A program made the position numbers and the translations under genes. Shown one piece after another: positions 23,866-37,740 of a stretch of DNA of 64,000 nt. Numbering within the stretch: position 1 is the stretch's first letter; each line of letters opens with the position of its first letter. The notes under the pieces were generated by a model. It ran no database searches. It saw only the letters and a program-made list of their open reading frames with translations, and had not been told where the DNA came from. Source of the stretch: Octopus sinensis (Eukaryota); the NCBI RefSeq assembly GCF_006345805.1, contig NC_043006.1:19468001-19532000 (forward strand). The letters are read 5' to 3'.

Positions 23866-24829
23866 ATCGGTGTTTACCTCATATCTTTTCTCATTCAGGA
23901 CAGGGCTCATTCTATATAGATCCTTCTTTCGTCATCATCATCGTCGTCGTCTTACTTATCATCGTTTTCATTTTTCCTTATATTCTTCTTCTTCCTCCTC
24001 TTCTACCTCTTCTTTTTTTTATTTCTTCAACCCTTCTCTCTTACAAATGACAGAATATACTCGACTGATCAGTCCTAAATGATAGAAAATAATCAATGAG
24101 GCCGTTGCTTGGACAATAGATATTGGTCAAAGAAAACCATTATTGAAGATAAATAAATACCAAATTTAGCCAGGAGAAAAGAACAACAACAACCAAATTA
24201 AAAATGTTATGCGATCTATTCACTGTGTAACACGATTTTTGTCCTTGGTAGAAACTGTTCTTTTCTATTTGCATAGACTTAGAAAGTATGAAAAAGGATA
24301 ATATTTCCTTTAAACTTTGCTTTTGTCACACTTATTCAAACCCCAAAGTATTCCTCTCAACACATGGCTATGATTCTCCCACACTGCTCCTACTTCTGAT
24401 CAGAGATGCACATACTGTCAACCACTAAGGGACGATTCTACCAACTCCCCTCGTTACTTTCCGAATATATTTAAATAATATACAATGGGTTTGTATATGT
24501 ATCAACGGATATATCAGCTATTTCCCGTCGATGATGAAAAAGAATTATTTAGTTATCTATAAAAACCCATAATGAATATAAAACTCTCTACCACCAGTGT
24601 TTATTGATCAATCAATTAAATGCTTGTATGTGCATGCAACATTTAACATTTTAGCAAATATTTTAAAGGTGGAATAGTTTGGCTTCTGGAGCTTGTTAGA
24701 ATTATGGCGCATCCCACACAACTTGATTGGTTTATCGCGATGATCCGTGTTAAATTTTCAGTATCAATTTACAGTAGAATGAACTGTTCTCTAGACATAC
24801 TAAAGTAATAATCCTCTCTAATATAGACA

Positions 24830-25025
24830 CAAAGCCTGAAACTTCAGGGTAGTGGCTAGTCGATTACACTGATCCCCACTAGTTAACTGGTACTTATTTC
24901 ATCGTCCCTGAGAGGATTAAAGGCGAAGTCGACATTGGCAGAATTTGAACTCAGAACCTAAAGAGAGGCGAAATACCGCTCAGTATTTTGTCCGGCGTGC
25001 TAACGTATCTGCCATCTCGCCGCTT
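24830..25025 (-). mobile_element. SINE family C, diverged
   Basis: actggtactta...gaatttgaactcagaac...ctcgccgc. Confidence 0.75.
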
Positions 25026-25395
25026 TATACTGATCAGCCCTCAACGAATTGTTTAGTACCCCATCCATTCAATTAAATGAACTTCTCATTTCATACAACT
25101 AATTCAGCTATTTTTGATAAGGTAAATATAAAATACAAGATCTGATATACATTTGGCCTATATATTTCTAGTAAAAGAGGAACAAGTAAGAATATTATAA
25201 TGATAGTGGACATGTTGGAGAAAGGATGAGAAATCTCAACAATCAACTTCGTAGATGCTTCTTCGATGAGTTAATAATAAACATAGAAACTGGAAATTTG
25301 CAAGAGCTTTATGTCACCGTAGCTGCTTATACACTGTGTAATTCTTTCCCATGGCTGATAGGATTGGAATAGGACAATTGTAGAACTTTTAACAT

Positions 25396-25806
25396 AGGCG
25401 CAGGAGTGGCTGTGTGGTAAGTAGCTTGTTTACCAACCACATGGTTCCGGGTTCAGTTCCACTGCGTAGCACCTTGGGTAAGTGTCTTCTACTATAGCCT
25501 CGAGCCGACCAAAGCCTTGTGAGTAGATTTGGTAGACGGAAACTGAAAGAAGCCCGTCGTATATATGTATATATATATATATATGTGTGTGTGTAAGTTT
25601 GTGTGTCTGTGTTTGTCCCCCTAGCATTGCTTGACAACCGATGCTGGTGTGTTTACGTAAACGTCACTTAGCGGTTCGGCAAAAGAGACCGATAGAATAA
25701 GTACTGGGCTTACAAAGAATAAGTCCTGGGGTCGTTTTGCTCGACTAAAGGCGGTGCTCCAGCATGGCCGCAGTCAAATGACTGAAACAAGTAAAAGAGT
25801 AAAATA
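25396..25806 (+). mobile_element. SINE family B
   Basis: Full head to tail. Confidence 0.92.
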
Positions 25807-26062
25807 GTATCTACTGAGGCCGAAGCATGTACCCACGGCTCTTCGCCTGTCTTTAGAAAATAAACCTGCTTTTTTTCCTAAAGGAATGCTAACTTTGGAG
25901 CGTCCATAACTCTTGAGATTTTCTCACCTTCTCGTATGGAGTTATTCTCAATCACCATTTAGTAACTGGAACACAGCCACAAGAGGAGGAGATAATTTTC
26001 ATAAAGAATTTATGCTGTATATGATTTGATATACCAGTATTTCTCTTTTTCTCTCTTTGTAT

Positions 26063-26463
26063 GTATTCTTTACATGTTTCAGTCATTTGACTGCGGCCAT
26101 GCTGGAGCACCGCCTTTAGTCGAGCAAATCGACCCCAGGACCTATTCTTTGTAAGCCCAGTACTTATTCTATCGGTTTCTTTTGCCGAACCGCTAAGTGA
26201 CGGGGACGTAAAAACACCAGCATCGGTTGTCAAGCAATGCTAGGGAGACAAACACAGACACAAACACATACACACACATATATATATATATATATATACG
26301 ACAGGCTTCTTTCAGTTTCCCTCTACCAAATCCACTCACAAGGCATTGGTCGACCCGGGGCTATAGCAGAAGACACTTGCCCAAGATGCCACGCAGTGGG
26401 ACTGAACCCGGAACTATGTGGTAGGTTAGCAAGCTACTTACCACACAGCCACTCCTGCGCCTA
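26063..26463 (-). mobile_element. SINE family B
   Basis: Full head to tail. Confidence 0.92.
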
Positions 26464-26477
26464 TATATATATATATT

Positions 26478-26512
<35 letters not shown>

Positions 26513-26513
<1 letters not shown>

Positions 26514-26848
26514 AATTAGAAAGAAAATACCTTTTATCAATTCAAAATAACAATAAAATATCAATAATTAAGTAAATTGCAAAAGAAATAATAAAAATGT
26601 ATATAATTGGTAGAATAATGATACGTGTTTCGTGACTATATTTAAGAAGTGATTATAGTAAAAAAATTAATAGTAGTAGTAAAATCGTTATTCTACCAAT
26701 TATATACGTTTTTATTTTTTTTTCTTGCAATTTACTTAATATTGATATTTTATTGTTATTTTAATTTTTAATATTTCTATTATATGTAATTTTCTAGATG
26801 GTGTAATTTAATTGTTCATTTTGAATTGATAAAAGGTGTTTTTTTCTA

Positions 26849-26902
<54 letters not shown>

Positions 26903-26980
26903 GTGAAATTTAATTTAGTTTTTCTAAATTGAATTCTTTTTCCCTGTAAGTTGGATTAATATTCCCTCAAATAATTATAT
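26513..26980. mobile_element. AT-rich foldback in (TA)n with partial hammerhead
   Basis: 26513-26620 is inverted at 26686-26852 (with an indel); minus strand carries GAAAC-acgt-ATC next to the arm start. Confidence 0.6.
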
Positions 26981-27532
26981 ATATATATATACACACACAA
27001 ACACAGAAAGTGACATAGACACGTACTTAAATATGTATGTATACTTATACGTGTATACGTATATAATTGTTTAAATGTGTTCGTGTGTGCGTATGTGTGT
27101 GTGTGTACAATTTTATTTTTGCCTCTCTGCATGCGTGTTTACAGATTTAAGAATTAATATTATTGTAATTTGAGGTCAATAACGATAGTTCTACTCTGCC
27201 ACATGAGTAACAAACTATCCACAAATTTCCTCATTCCCTTTTTAAAAAAGGACCGGCACCGTTGATGTCGTAGCCCCAGATACAACGCATCTATACAAGA
27301 CAGGATTGTCGCTTCAGTACGATGGAAGCTCACCTGAAACCAAGCAATAACTGGAATTCGGGGATTGTCTGCTCTTTTAAAGCAAATTTAGGAAAAATTA
27401 ACATTTAACTATACTATGACAATTAAAAGTATTTCATTTTTGTTAGTGCATGTATGTATGTATGTATGTATGTATGTATGTATGTATGTATGTATGTATG
27501 TATGTATGTATGTATGTATGTATGTATGTGTG

Positions 27533-28033
27533 CATGGTCGGGTCGTCGGTGACTAAACCGGCAACCCCATCTAGCTTGCTTGGTGAGAAGGGTGTTTATT
27601 GGACACCCTACGGGATGAAAAACAAAACCCGTCAAAGGGCGAAGGAACTCTTGAGAGTCAACAACCATCCAATAAATGTCTTAAGGCTGTATCATGCGCG
27701 GGGACATAGAAATAATCGGACTGAATACCCGATCGCGCGGTTAAACCATTGGGAGTGAAGGACTCCTAGCCTTTGTTAGGGCATCCTTCTAGGAGATGGT
27801 AACTCAGGTAACTGGGATAACTCCGACATAAAACCTGCGGCTCAGTGGTTACCGATGATGTTGACTTGTTCTTCTTTTCGGATTATGGCTCTGTTGCTTA
27901 GTGAGTGGGATTGACTCAGTGCACAGCCTTTCCTCACTTTAAAAAAAAATCTTGTTGCACAGGCATTGCACGATAACAATATTGATTAAGCTTCGTGCAA
28001 TGGTCATACTCGATAACGAGGGGGCAGCCACCA
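27533..28033 (+). mobile_element. ~500-bp non-coding retroposon inside (TATG)n, probably RTE-derived
   Basis: GC-richer island flanked by (TATG)n; aaaacccgtc / gggcatcc / ggagatggtaactc / aaaacct blocks resemble RTE 5' UTRs (recognition only). Confidence 0.45.
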
Positions 28034-28084
28034 TGTATGTATGTATGTATGTATGTATGTATGTATGTATGTATGTATGTATGA

Positions 28085-28168
<84 letters not shown>

Positions 28169-28219
28169 TCAGACACACAGACACACAGCTAGATAGGTAG
28201 ATAGGTAGATAAATAGATC

Positions 28220-28503
28220 GCATGATCTACAAGGCTATCGGATGTTGCAATACATCGCTAGTCGCAATGCGCTTTACGTCGTTTTAGATTCCACCCTGCT
28301 GGCTAGGCGAGCAGGCCAACAATCCGCACTGATGAGAAGGTTAGTCTGTCGCAGGGTTACCTTTTTACAGATGAGTGGACTGGAGCAACGTGAAATGCAG
28401 TGTTTTCTGCAAGAACACAACGCACCATTCGGTCCGGGAATCGATCCCGCGATCCAGCGATGGGGAGTGCAACACACTAAAGACTAGGCCATGCGCCTTC
28501 ACC
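28220..28503 (-). mobile_element. tRNA-headed SINE, family D
   Basis: Minus: ggtgaaggcgcatggcctagt...gatcgattcccgg...gcgttgtgttcttg; its tail recurs at 55497-55610. Confidence 0.7.
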
Positions 28504-28509
28504 ATATAC

Positions 28510-28558
<49 letters not shown>

Positions 28559-28618
28559 AAGAGACACATAGATATACATGCACGATATATATATTTATAT
28601 ATATATATATATGTATGC

Positions 28619-28663
<45 letters not shown>

Positions 28664-28730
28664 ATATACATATACATATGTATGGGTAATTGTGTGTTTG
28701 TGTATGTATATACATACGTGTGCTTGTATG

Positions 28731-28830
<100 letters not shown>

Positions 28831-30066
28831 ATGAGAGAGCGAGTGCGAGAGAGAGATTATACATACACACGTACATACAGGCTATTTAATGCAAGTTGTC
28901 ATGTCTGAAAATAATTCAAATTTCTAAATCTCTCTTAATCTAGTCAATGCTCTGAGTTTCTTGAAGACATTCTTTCAAGTAATGTTTCTCTTCTTTGAAC
29001 ATCTTCAGAGATTTATTTTTGCATTTCTTTCCAAAATGGCGAACTATAAAAAAACTAACTAAATAAATATATATATTTTTGTTTCATGTTATTTTCTAAG
29101 CGTGTAAATTTTTTTTTTTTCTTTAGACTATATTAAATATTTTTTTGTGTTTGTTGCTCATAATAGAATTAATCCTCCATTGTGAATAACTAACGAAAAA
29201 CAAAGCAAACTATGAGAAGCGCATAAAAAAATAGTACGTTAAAGCCAGCATGTTGTTGGAACACTAATGCTGTTTTTTTTTTCTATATGATGATTAAACA
29301 GCAATTACAGTAGATTTAGACTTGTTGTTGTTGCAGTTATTGTTGTTGTTATTGTTGTTGTTGCAGTTATTGTTGTTGTTATTGTTGTTGTTGCTGCTGT
29401 TGTTGTGTAGCCCCAGATCAGTCCAAATCAAGCAGACAAATGATCAAAGGAATTATAGTCGTAATCATCCATTTTTTCATATTATTTTTAGTATTACTGT
29501 TATTATTAATGTTAATTTATTTATTCATTTATTTACTTCTTCAGACATATTTACGGTATTATCTAATTATATAATGTGTATTTCGTTTTCTTTCAGATAC
29601 AATTCTGTAGAAATTTAGCTGCTATTTCCAGCTGATCCAGCTTCAGCATTGATGCACCGCTTTATAATATGATATATTTATTATTGTTATTGTCACTGCT
29701 GTCTACCTCCAGGTCAAAGTTCAGTCTTTATCGAACAGATTTATAATCAAATACAACACTATATCCGGATTGTTGCTATTTTCTCTCCCAACTTTGTTAA
29801 GTATATTATTTGGGTTTTTTTCTTGAAATTTACTGAATATAGAAATCAATTAATCTAATGTATCTTTCTTTTATAATGTAGAATATAACATAAGGGAGAG
29901 TTAGATATTTTCCGATTCAATGAGTACGCATAATTCCTCATTGGCTCAGAGAGGTTTCCTGATTCTTATGGTTTCGTCCAATTAATCCAACAGAAATTCT
30001 GTTACTCTACTCACCAAACTTATGAATCCCTTCCTTAATGTTAATGATACATTTATAGGTACAGAT

Positions 30067-30450
30067 GGAAGCACACTCCGTCGGTTACGACGACGAGGGT
30101 TCCGGTTGATCCGATCAACGGAACAGCCTGCTCGTGAAATTAACGTGTAAGTGGCTGAGCACTCCACAGACACGTGTACCCTTAACGTAGTTCTCGGGGA
30201 TATTCAGCGTGACACAGAGAGTGACAAGGCCGACCCTTTGAAATACAGGTACAACAGAAACAGGAAGTAAGAGTGAGAGAAAGTTGTGGTGACAGAGTAC
30301 AGCAGGGATCACCACCATCCCCCTGCCGGAGCCTCGTGGAGCTTTAGGTGTTTTCGCTCAATAAACACTCACAATGCCCGGTCTGGGAATCGAAACCACG
30401 ATCCTACGACCGCGAGTCCGCTGTCCTAACTACTGGGCCATTGCGCCTCC
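30067..30450 (-). mobile_element. SINE family A
   Basis: TSD ataggtacagatg. Confidence 0.92.
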
Positions 30451-30714
30451 ACATAGGTACAGATGTGGCTGTATGGACTGGAGAGGTTTGAAGCTCCTCT
30501 CACAACCACGTTGTTTTGAGTTTAGTCCTATTATTACGTGGCACCTTGAGCAAATGTCTTCTATCATAACGGAGAGTGTTGGAGGACCACCATATACATA
30601 TGTTCATGCGTGCATGTGTGTGTGTATATGTGTGTGCGTATGCCTGTTTCTTTATTTCTTTATATTTTTGTTTAATCTATCACAGAATAACGGTGTGTAA
30701 AAGCTATTATGAGT

Positions 30715-30995
30715 GGGGGTGCAATGGCCCAGTGGTTAGGGCAGCGGACTCGCGGTCGGGGGATTGTGTGTGTTTATTGAGCGAAAACACCTAAAGCTCC
30801 ACAAGACTCCGGCACTGTTTTACTCTTTCGCCCTAACTTTCTCTCACTCTCTCTTCCTGTTTCTTGAGTAACACTGCGATAGAGTGGCGTCCCGTCCAGC
30901 TGGGGGGGGGGGGACACATACGCCACAGAAACCGAGAAACCGGGCCCATGAGCCTGGATAGGCTTGAAAAAGGGCGCATAAATAAAAGTAAATAA
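30715..30995 (+). mobile_element. Family A-related SINE with alternative tail
   Basis: Family A head; tail gcgtcccgtccag...gaaaccggg similar to the 2327-2628 copy. Confidence 0.75.
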
Positions 30996-31149
30996 ACAAG
31001 ATTTTATGCACCACAATTCATTAAGACACATTCTCTCAAGGTAAATAACGCAGTATTTTGCGTTCTAACACACCTCCGCGTTAAGTTTGGCACTAATACT
31101 GCCTCTGCTGTTAATAATTATACACATACATGTGTTATTTGTTTATCGT

Positions 31150-31528
31150 CCACAAGGAGCTAAACCTACAGGGGACAAACAAGGACAAGACAAACGGATT
31201 AAGCCGATTACATCGACTCCAGTGCGTAACTGGTACTTAGTTTATCGACACCGAAAGGATGGAAGGCAAAGTCGACCTCGGTGGAATTTGAACTCAGAAC
31301 GTAGCGGCAGACGAAATACCTATTTCTTTACTAACCATAAGGGGCTAACACAGAGAGGATAAACAAGGACAGACAAAGGGATTAAGTCGATTATATCGAC
31401 TCCAGTGCGTAACTGGTACTTAGTCTATCAACCCCGAAAGGATGAAAGGCAAAGTCGACCTCGTAGCGGCAGACGAAACACTGCTAAGCATTTCGCCCGG
31501 CGTGCTAACGTTTCTGCCAGCTCGCCGC
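31150..31528 (-). mobile_element. SINE family C, dimeric
   Basis: Two core+tail units behind one head. Confidence 0.85.
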
Positions 31529-31889
31529 CATTATATGTATGTGTGGGTGGATATGATGCGTGTGTGTGTGTGCGCGCGCACTCGCGTATGTGTGTGTAGA
31601 TCTCCGTCAGTTTCGACAATGAGTATTCAGTCGCTCGATCGACTGAATTCAATGGGTAAGCAGCGTAGTAATGCACAGCAACTTGTGCCGTTTGCATAAT
31701 ACTCATGTAGAATCGGCATGACACAGTGTTGGCATGACACAGTGTGTGTGTGTGTGTAAGCGTGTGTGAGTGTATGTGTGCGTGTGAAAAGTTTGCACCT
31801 GTGAAATACAGATTCAGTCCAGCCGAGAGGCTTCTATACAGTTTCCATCTACCTAATTTTCCTACGAGGTATTGGTCGTCAAAAGGATA

Positions 31890-32135
31890 CAGAGGGGCAG
31901 TCTGGTGCAGGGGGTTGCGAAGCTAACATCCTTGCTCACCATCCAAAGGCACTGGACAAAAGCTCTGTGGCGACGGAGTAAATGTGACAGCGGCAGGTGT
32001 AAGTACCTGGGAGTAGCAAGCAAGAGCTGTGCACACAGGCAGCTCGCTCTCGATATTTGCAGTCAATACCAACAGGCTGAGGAAGAAGCTTTCTGGTCAC
32101 AGAAGTCAACTCGACCTATGAAGAATAGCCGATGA
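31890..32135 (+). pseudogene. Possible restriction-like endonuclease C-terminus (HERO/NeSL-type) fragment
   Basis: CRG motif and AEEEAFW resemble GCRGF...AE.AS.W; weak and frameshifted. Confidence 0.3.
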
Positions 32136-32216
32136 CGATATTCAGGAGCAACGATGTTATCTATGTTTTTCTATGGTTGGTCTTGTATATAGTTTTGGCA
32201 ATATCATGTTGCTGTA

Positions 32217-32790
32217 AGGCGGCGAGCTGGCAGAAATGTTAACACGCCGAGCGAAATGCTTAGCGGTCTTTGCGTTCTGAGTTCAAATTCCGCCGAGGTC
32301 GACTTTGCCTTTCATCCTTCCGGGGTCGATTAAATAAGTACCAGTTACGCACTGGGGTCGATGTAATCGACTTAATCTGTTTGTCTGTCTTTGTTTGTCC
32401 TCTCTGTGTTTAGCCGCTTGAGGGTCGTTAAGAAATAGGTATTTCGTTTGTCTTTACGTTCTGAGTTCAAATCCCACCGAGGTCGGCTTTGCCTTTCATC
32501 CTTTCGGGGTCGATTAAATAAGTACCAGTTACGTACTGGGGTCGATGTAATCGACTTAATCCGTTTGTCTGTCCTGGTTTGTCCTCTCTGTGTTTAGCCG
32601 CTTGTGGGTAGTAAAGAAATAGGTATTTCGTTTGTCTTTACGTTCTGAGTTCAAATCCCGCCGAAGTCGACTTTGCCTTTCATCCTTTCGGGGTCGACAA
32701 ATTAAGTACCAGTTGCGTACTGACGTCGATCTAATCGACTGGTACCGTCTCTAAAAATTTCGGGCCTTATGCATAGAGTAGAAAAGAATA
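32217..32790 (+). mobile_element. SINE family C, trimeric
   Basis: Three ttctgagttcaaat...aagtaccagtt units. Confidence 0.9.
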
Positions 32791-32869
32791 AGGTGGCATT
32801 TTGGTGCTGTCGCTGGTGAAATGTGTTATGTGGTTCACAGAAGGGTAATTAGATACATATTAGTCATTA

Positions 32870-33061
32870 GTCTGGGATCATGCTGGGGCACAGCCTTGAA
32901 GAATTTTTAGTCGAATGAATCGACCCCAGTCCTTATTTTTTAAAGCTTGGTATTTATTCTATGAGGCTCTTTGGCCAAACTGCTACGTTGCAGAGACATA
33001 AACACACCAGCACCGGTTCTCGAGTGATGGAGGGGACAAACACACACAGACACACACACAC

Positions 33062-33130
<69 letters not shown>

Positions 33131-33290
33131 ACATACATATTTATACATATATACAATGGAGTTCTTTCAGTTTCCGTCTGCCAAATCCAGTCACACGGCT
33201 TTGATCGACCGGAGGCTATAGTAGAAGACACTTGCACCATGATACTAAGCAGTGGAACTGCACCCGGAAATACGTGGCTGGCAAGAAAGC
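32870..33290 (-). mobile_element. SINE family B, diverged
   Basis: Recognisable tail, (CA)n middle and head. Confidence 0.75.
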
Positions 33291-33660
33291 TTCTGCACGC
33301 ATGCATGTAAATATGCATGTATCTATGAATGCATGTATGTATGTATGTATGTATGTAATATGAATTAAAGCGGGAGCGGTGATTATCTTTTCCTTCCGTT
33401 TGTTCCTTTGCGTGAGTGTATGTACGTATTTGTGTGTACTTGTGCATGTACAGAGGTGTACGTACTCATATGTGGATACTTTATGTGTTTACTTCTACGT
33501 ATATACGTATGTATGTATTTGTGCGTTTGTATACATATATTTCTACATTCATCTATACATGTGTATATATCTCTACATATGTAGAGATATAAACATGTGT
33601 ACTGCTTGGATGTGAGTATATGTATTTTTGGATATTTATTTATTTGAATATATTTATATA

Positions 33661-33710
<50 letters not shown>

Positions 33711-33752
33711 ATTTAAAAAAGGAGATGTGGAACACGAGTTGTGATATATAAA

Positions 33753-34101
33753 AAAAGGAAATGAAGAAAATGCTGACAAAATAATTTAAGTAATTTAAGT
33801 AATTTAATTAGGTGAAAGTTCTTTTTACCGGTTGCGCATTTGTTATGCTTATCAAAAGATATTTTTTTAAGAGAGATAGAGTTCCTTTCTGATAGATTTT
33901 TTTCCTCTTATCTGATAAGAGGAAAAAATCTGGAAAACATTTTTCCAGATAAGAAGAAAAAAATCTATCAGAAAGGAACTCTATCTCTCTTAAAAAATAT
34001 CTTTTGATAAGCATAACAAATGCGCAACCGGTAAAAATAACTTTCACCTAATTAAATTACTTAAATTACTTAAATTATTTTGTCAGCATTTTCTTCATTT
34101 C

Positions 34102-34105
<4 letters not shown>
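33753..34105. mobile_element. 353-bp foldback in (TA)n with a hammerhead-like motif in each arm
   Basis: ~160-bp near-identical arms; right arm 34000-34037 reads tctt TTGATAA gcat-aacaa-atgc GCAAC cg GTA aaaa. Confidence 0.8.
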
Positions 34106-34156
<51 letters not shown>

Positions 34157-34162
34157 ATATCC

Positions 34163-34575
34163 TCTTTTCTCTCTTTTACTCTTTTACTTGTTTCAGTCAT
34201 TTGACTGCGGCCATGCTGGAGCACCGCCTTTAATCGAGCAACTCGACCCTAGGACTTATTCTTTTGTACCCACAGTACTTATTCTATTGGTCTGTTTTGT
34301 CGAACCGCTAAGTAACGGGGACATAAACACACCAACATCGGTTGTCAAGCAATTCTAGGGGGACAAACACAGACACACACGCATACACATAAATATATAT
34401 ATACATATATACGACGGGCTTCTTTCAGTTTCCGTCTACCAAATCCACTCACAAGGCTTTGGTCGGCCCGAGGCTATAGTAGAAGACACCTGCCCAAGGT
34501 GCCACGCAGTGGGACTGAACCCGGAACCATGTGGTTGGTAAACAAGCTACTTACCACACAGCCACTCATGCGCCT
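34163..34575 (-). mobile_element. SINE family B
   Basis: Full head to tail. Confidence 0.9.
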
Positions 34576-34603
34576 ATATGCTTGTATATATATGTATATA
34601 TAT

Positions 34604-34675
<72 letters not shown>

Positions 34676-35151
34676 TATATATATACATATACAAATATAT
34701 ATACATATACAAATATATAACTATGTGAGCGTATGCATATACACTTGTGGGTGTGCGTGTGTGTGTGTAAAAGTAACATTTGCGTCATTTTTCATTGTTC
34801 GTGTCTCAACCTACTTCTGTCGTACAGCCGAAAGGCCTCCTACGTACATATAAAATAATACTTTTGTCATTTGTTTATGTTTTCGTTACTGCCTTTGCTT
34901 TTTCGATTTCTATTCATTTTACCGTTCGTTCTTCAGAAACTGTCTGTTTTTTCTTGGTCTCATTGTATCCTTTATGTCTGCTCATAAATCGCAGCAGCTT
35001 TTTTTGACGCCACCAACGTGAATAAACTTATCGAAAATCGTATGAAATTGGAAAGACCTTTGGCCGATAAATGATGAAGGATGAGTGTCCACAACTTCTG
35101 TATATGTTTTTCATATGTTCCTTTCTTGTCTACCTGTGCAGCTTTTTATTC

Positions 35152-35189
<38 letters not shown>

Positions 35190-35195
<6 letters not shown>

Positions 35196-37740
35196 ATGTA
35201 AGTATGTATACATGCATATATATAATAACACAAAGGGAGGAATTTCGGTTATCCCCAGGTGGTGAATTGTAATGCAAAATATATATGTATAAAATAAAAG
35301 AAAGAAAATGCCCCTTTACATGCTTCAATATATTTTTAAGTACATTTTATATTGAGTTTCGGTAATCATGACATTGAAATTAATGTAATTTCGTATTTTC
35401 TTAAGAAGATTTTAAACCAGGTGTGTGGAGAATTTTATGAATGAATGATTCAACAAGTAGAAAAATCTGAGGGCCGGTAATACATGATCGTTATTATTGG
35501 GAACAGAGGAAGTAATTGTTCATCTTTCGGAGATGGGGGTGAATAAATATATGCAAAAACTCAAAGGTTAAAATAATGAGATGAAATATGTACAGTGTTG
35601 GGTATGAGATCATGAACTAAAATATATACTATGATCAAAGTTGGTTATGCGTTCATACTTAGACGTTTTCTGTATTCTTCGATGGACAAATTTTCTTTAT
35701 TTAAACGTTCGTGAATAGAAAATGTTTCATTGCACTGGTTGATGAGGAAAACTGTGAAGCTTGGTTGGATATACCTGCACATCTCTCTATGGAATCTCGA
35801 AGGAATCTGTCTGTATTGCGGGAACCGGATCTTTTCCTTATGTAGTGTGATTCTCCGTCGCAGTTTTATACTTGTCCGTCCTATATAGTTATCCCTACAA
35901 CCTGAGCAATTTGTACCATAAATTAGATTCTCGGAAGCACAAGTCAAGTTGGTTTTAATTCTGAACCTCTCTCCTTGTTTGTATAAGAATTCCGAGCCTA
36001 GGAAGGGGCATGTGCCACAGTCTTGATGTCCATATTTTTTTACCGTTGCTTTTGTGTTTGTTGTGAAAAGCTTCGCATTTATTAGACGTCTTTTTAGCGA
36101 ATTGTGTTGCTTTTTGCATTTCATTAATTTATGCTTTTACAGAATAGTGTCCATTTTTAGATCTCTAGTGGGCTTAGGTAGATTTTGTAAAATAGTATTG
36201 TATGCCTCATTGCTTCTAGGGTTGTGAGTTGATATATATAGAAGTGTTTTGAGATGAGGTTTGGTGTTATGTTTTGTTGGCCTTAGTGTTTTAATGTCTA
36301 ATTTCTTAGCACGCTTAATTCCATCGTCTATAAGTGAGGGTGGATTTTGTCTTTCAGTTAGTGTTGCTCTGAAGTTTTGAAGACGAAGGTCCCGAGTATT
36401 TCTATCAGACACTAATATGTAAACCCTTTTTGCTACATTAAAGAGGATATTCCTTTTTATGTGTTTCGGGTGGCATGAGCTAAACAGGAGATCTTGCTTC
36501 GAGTCTGTTGGTTTATGATAAATGTTATTTATAATTTGGTTATTGACTTGTTTTTATCATAATATCCAAGAAAGGGAGCTGTTTTTTTGCTACATTCCAT
36601 TGTGAATTGAATATTAGGGTTTATATTATTTAGTATTGATTTGAATTCCAAAAGCTTACCAGTGGCCTCCTTCCAAATGATAAAGCAGCTATCCAGGTAT
36701 CTTTTCCAGTATCTCTCTTATATAATTATAAAATGGATATCCATACTGAAATGGATATCCATATTTTTGCAATGACACTTCATATATAGTGAATTCAAAA
36801 TAATCCATTATTAGGTTCGCATGAACAGGGGCTGCTTTCGTTCCCATCGCAATTCTGCATTTTTGACGATAGTAGGTGTCATCAAAATAGGAAGTAATTG
36901 TTCTAAAGTGTAAATTTTAAAGATCCAATAATAAAGACCTGGTTTATGCGTTCCAGAAGCACTACAGGGTACTTTTCCACCAAGACTTTTGTTGCTTCTA
37001 TTTCGTAGTCAAGTAGGATGCTGGTGTAAAGATTAATAACATCGAAGGAAACCAATAATGCCTTTTCATTAATTGTTTTTGGTAAGTACTCTAGTATGCC
37101 TAGATCGTCTGTAATGAAACTTTTGATGTTTTTCAGCAAGGGTTTCAGCAGTATGTCTAGAAAATTGATTACGCGGTGGGTTTCACAGGCTGGGCCAGCT
37201 ATAATGGGTCTTAACTTTAAGTCTTCTGACACTTGGATATTTATGTATTTGCCTGGTGATTACTTGCAGGCTTCATTAACTATCTTGCTCTTGTGTATTT
37301 TAGGTAGGCTGTAAAATGACTAGGTTTACATTTAAAGTTCGTGATATAATATACTTTTTTCTGTCAGGTCTTTTCCATGTAAAATTATTAAGGATGCAAG
37401 CTTTATATTGTTTTTGTTGTATATAGCTTACAATTTTTTCGTAGAGGATATCGTTTTCTACCATGGATAATACTAGGTTTTTGTAGCATTCTGTGTCCAT
37501 CAGGACTAGAACGCTTCCTTTGTCTGCTTCTTTAATTGTCAGTTCTTTGTCGTTTTGTAATTCCAATAGATTTTTCCATTCTAGATTGTTGAGGTCTGAA
37601 TTAACTTTTCGCTTACGAAAAATATTTTGGAAATTTTGGTTGTGGGAGCAGAAGTCATCTAGGGTTTTATTCTTACCTTTGGGTGGAAGATAATTACTTC
37701 TATTTTTAAACAATGATTCATCCTCGTTGTTGTATTCAGG
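35190..37740 (-). mobile_element. Penelope-like element (Neptune-type RT + Cys-rich GIY-YIG), frameshifted
   Basis: IKEADKGS, LRPIIAGPACETHR, VSFDVINLYT, WKRYLDSCFIIW, CGTC...NLIYG.NCSGC..NYIGRT...RRRI.LH; 3' end runs into (TA)n. Confidence 0.92.

Noticed and set aside
34816-34850. ctgtcgtacagccgaaaggcctcctacgta as a minimal HHR
   Set aside because: Too decayed; GAAAC is missing. Possibly a relic but not supportable.
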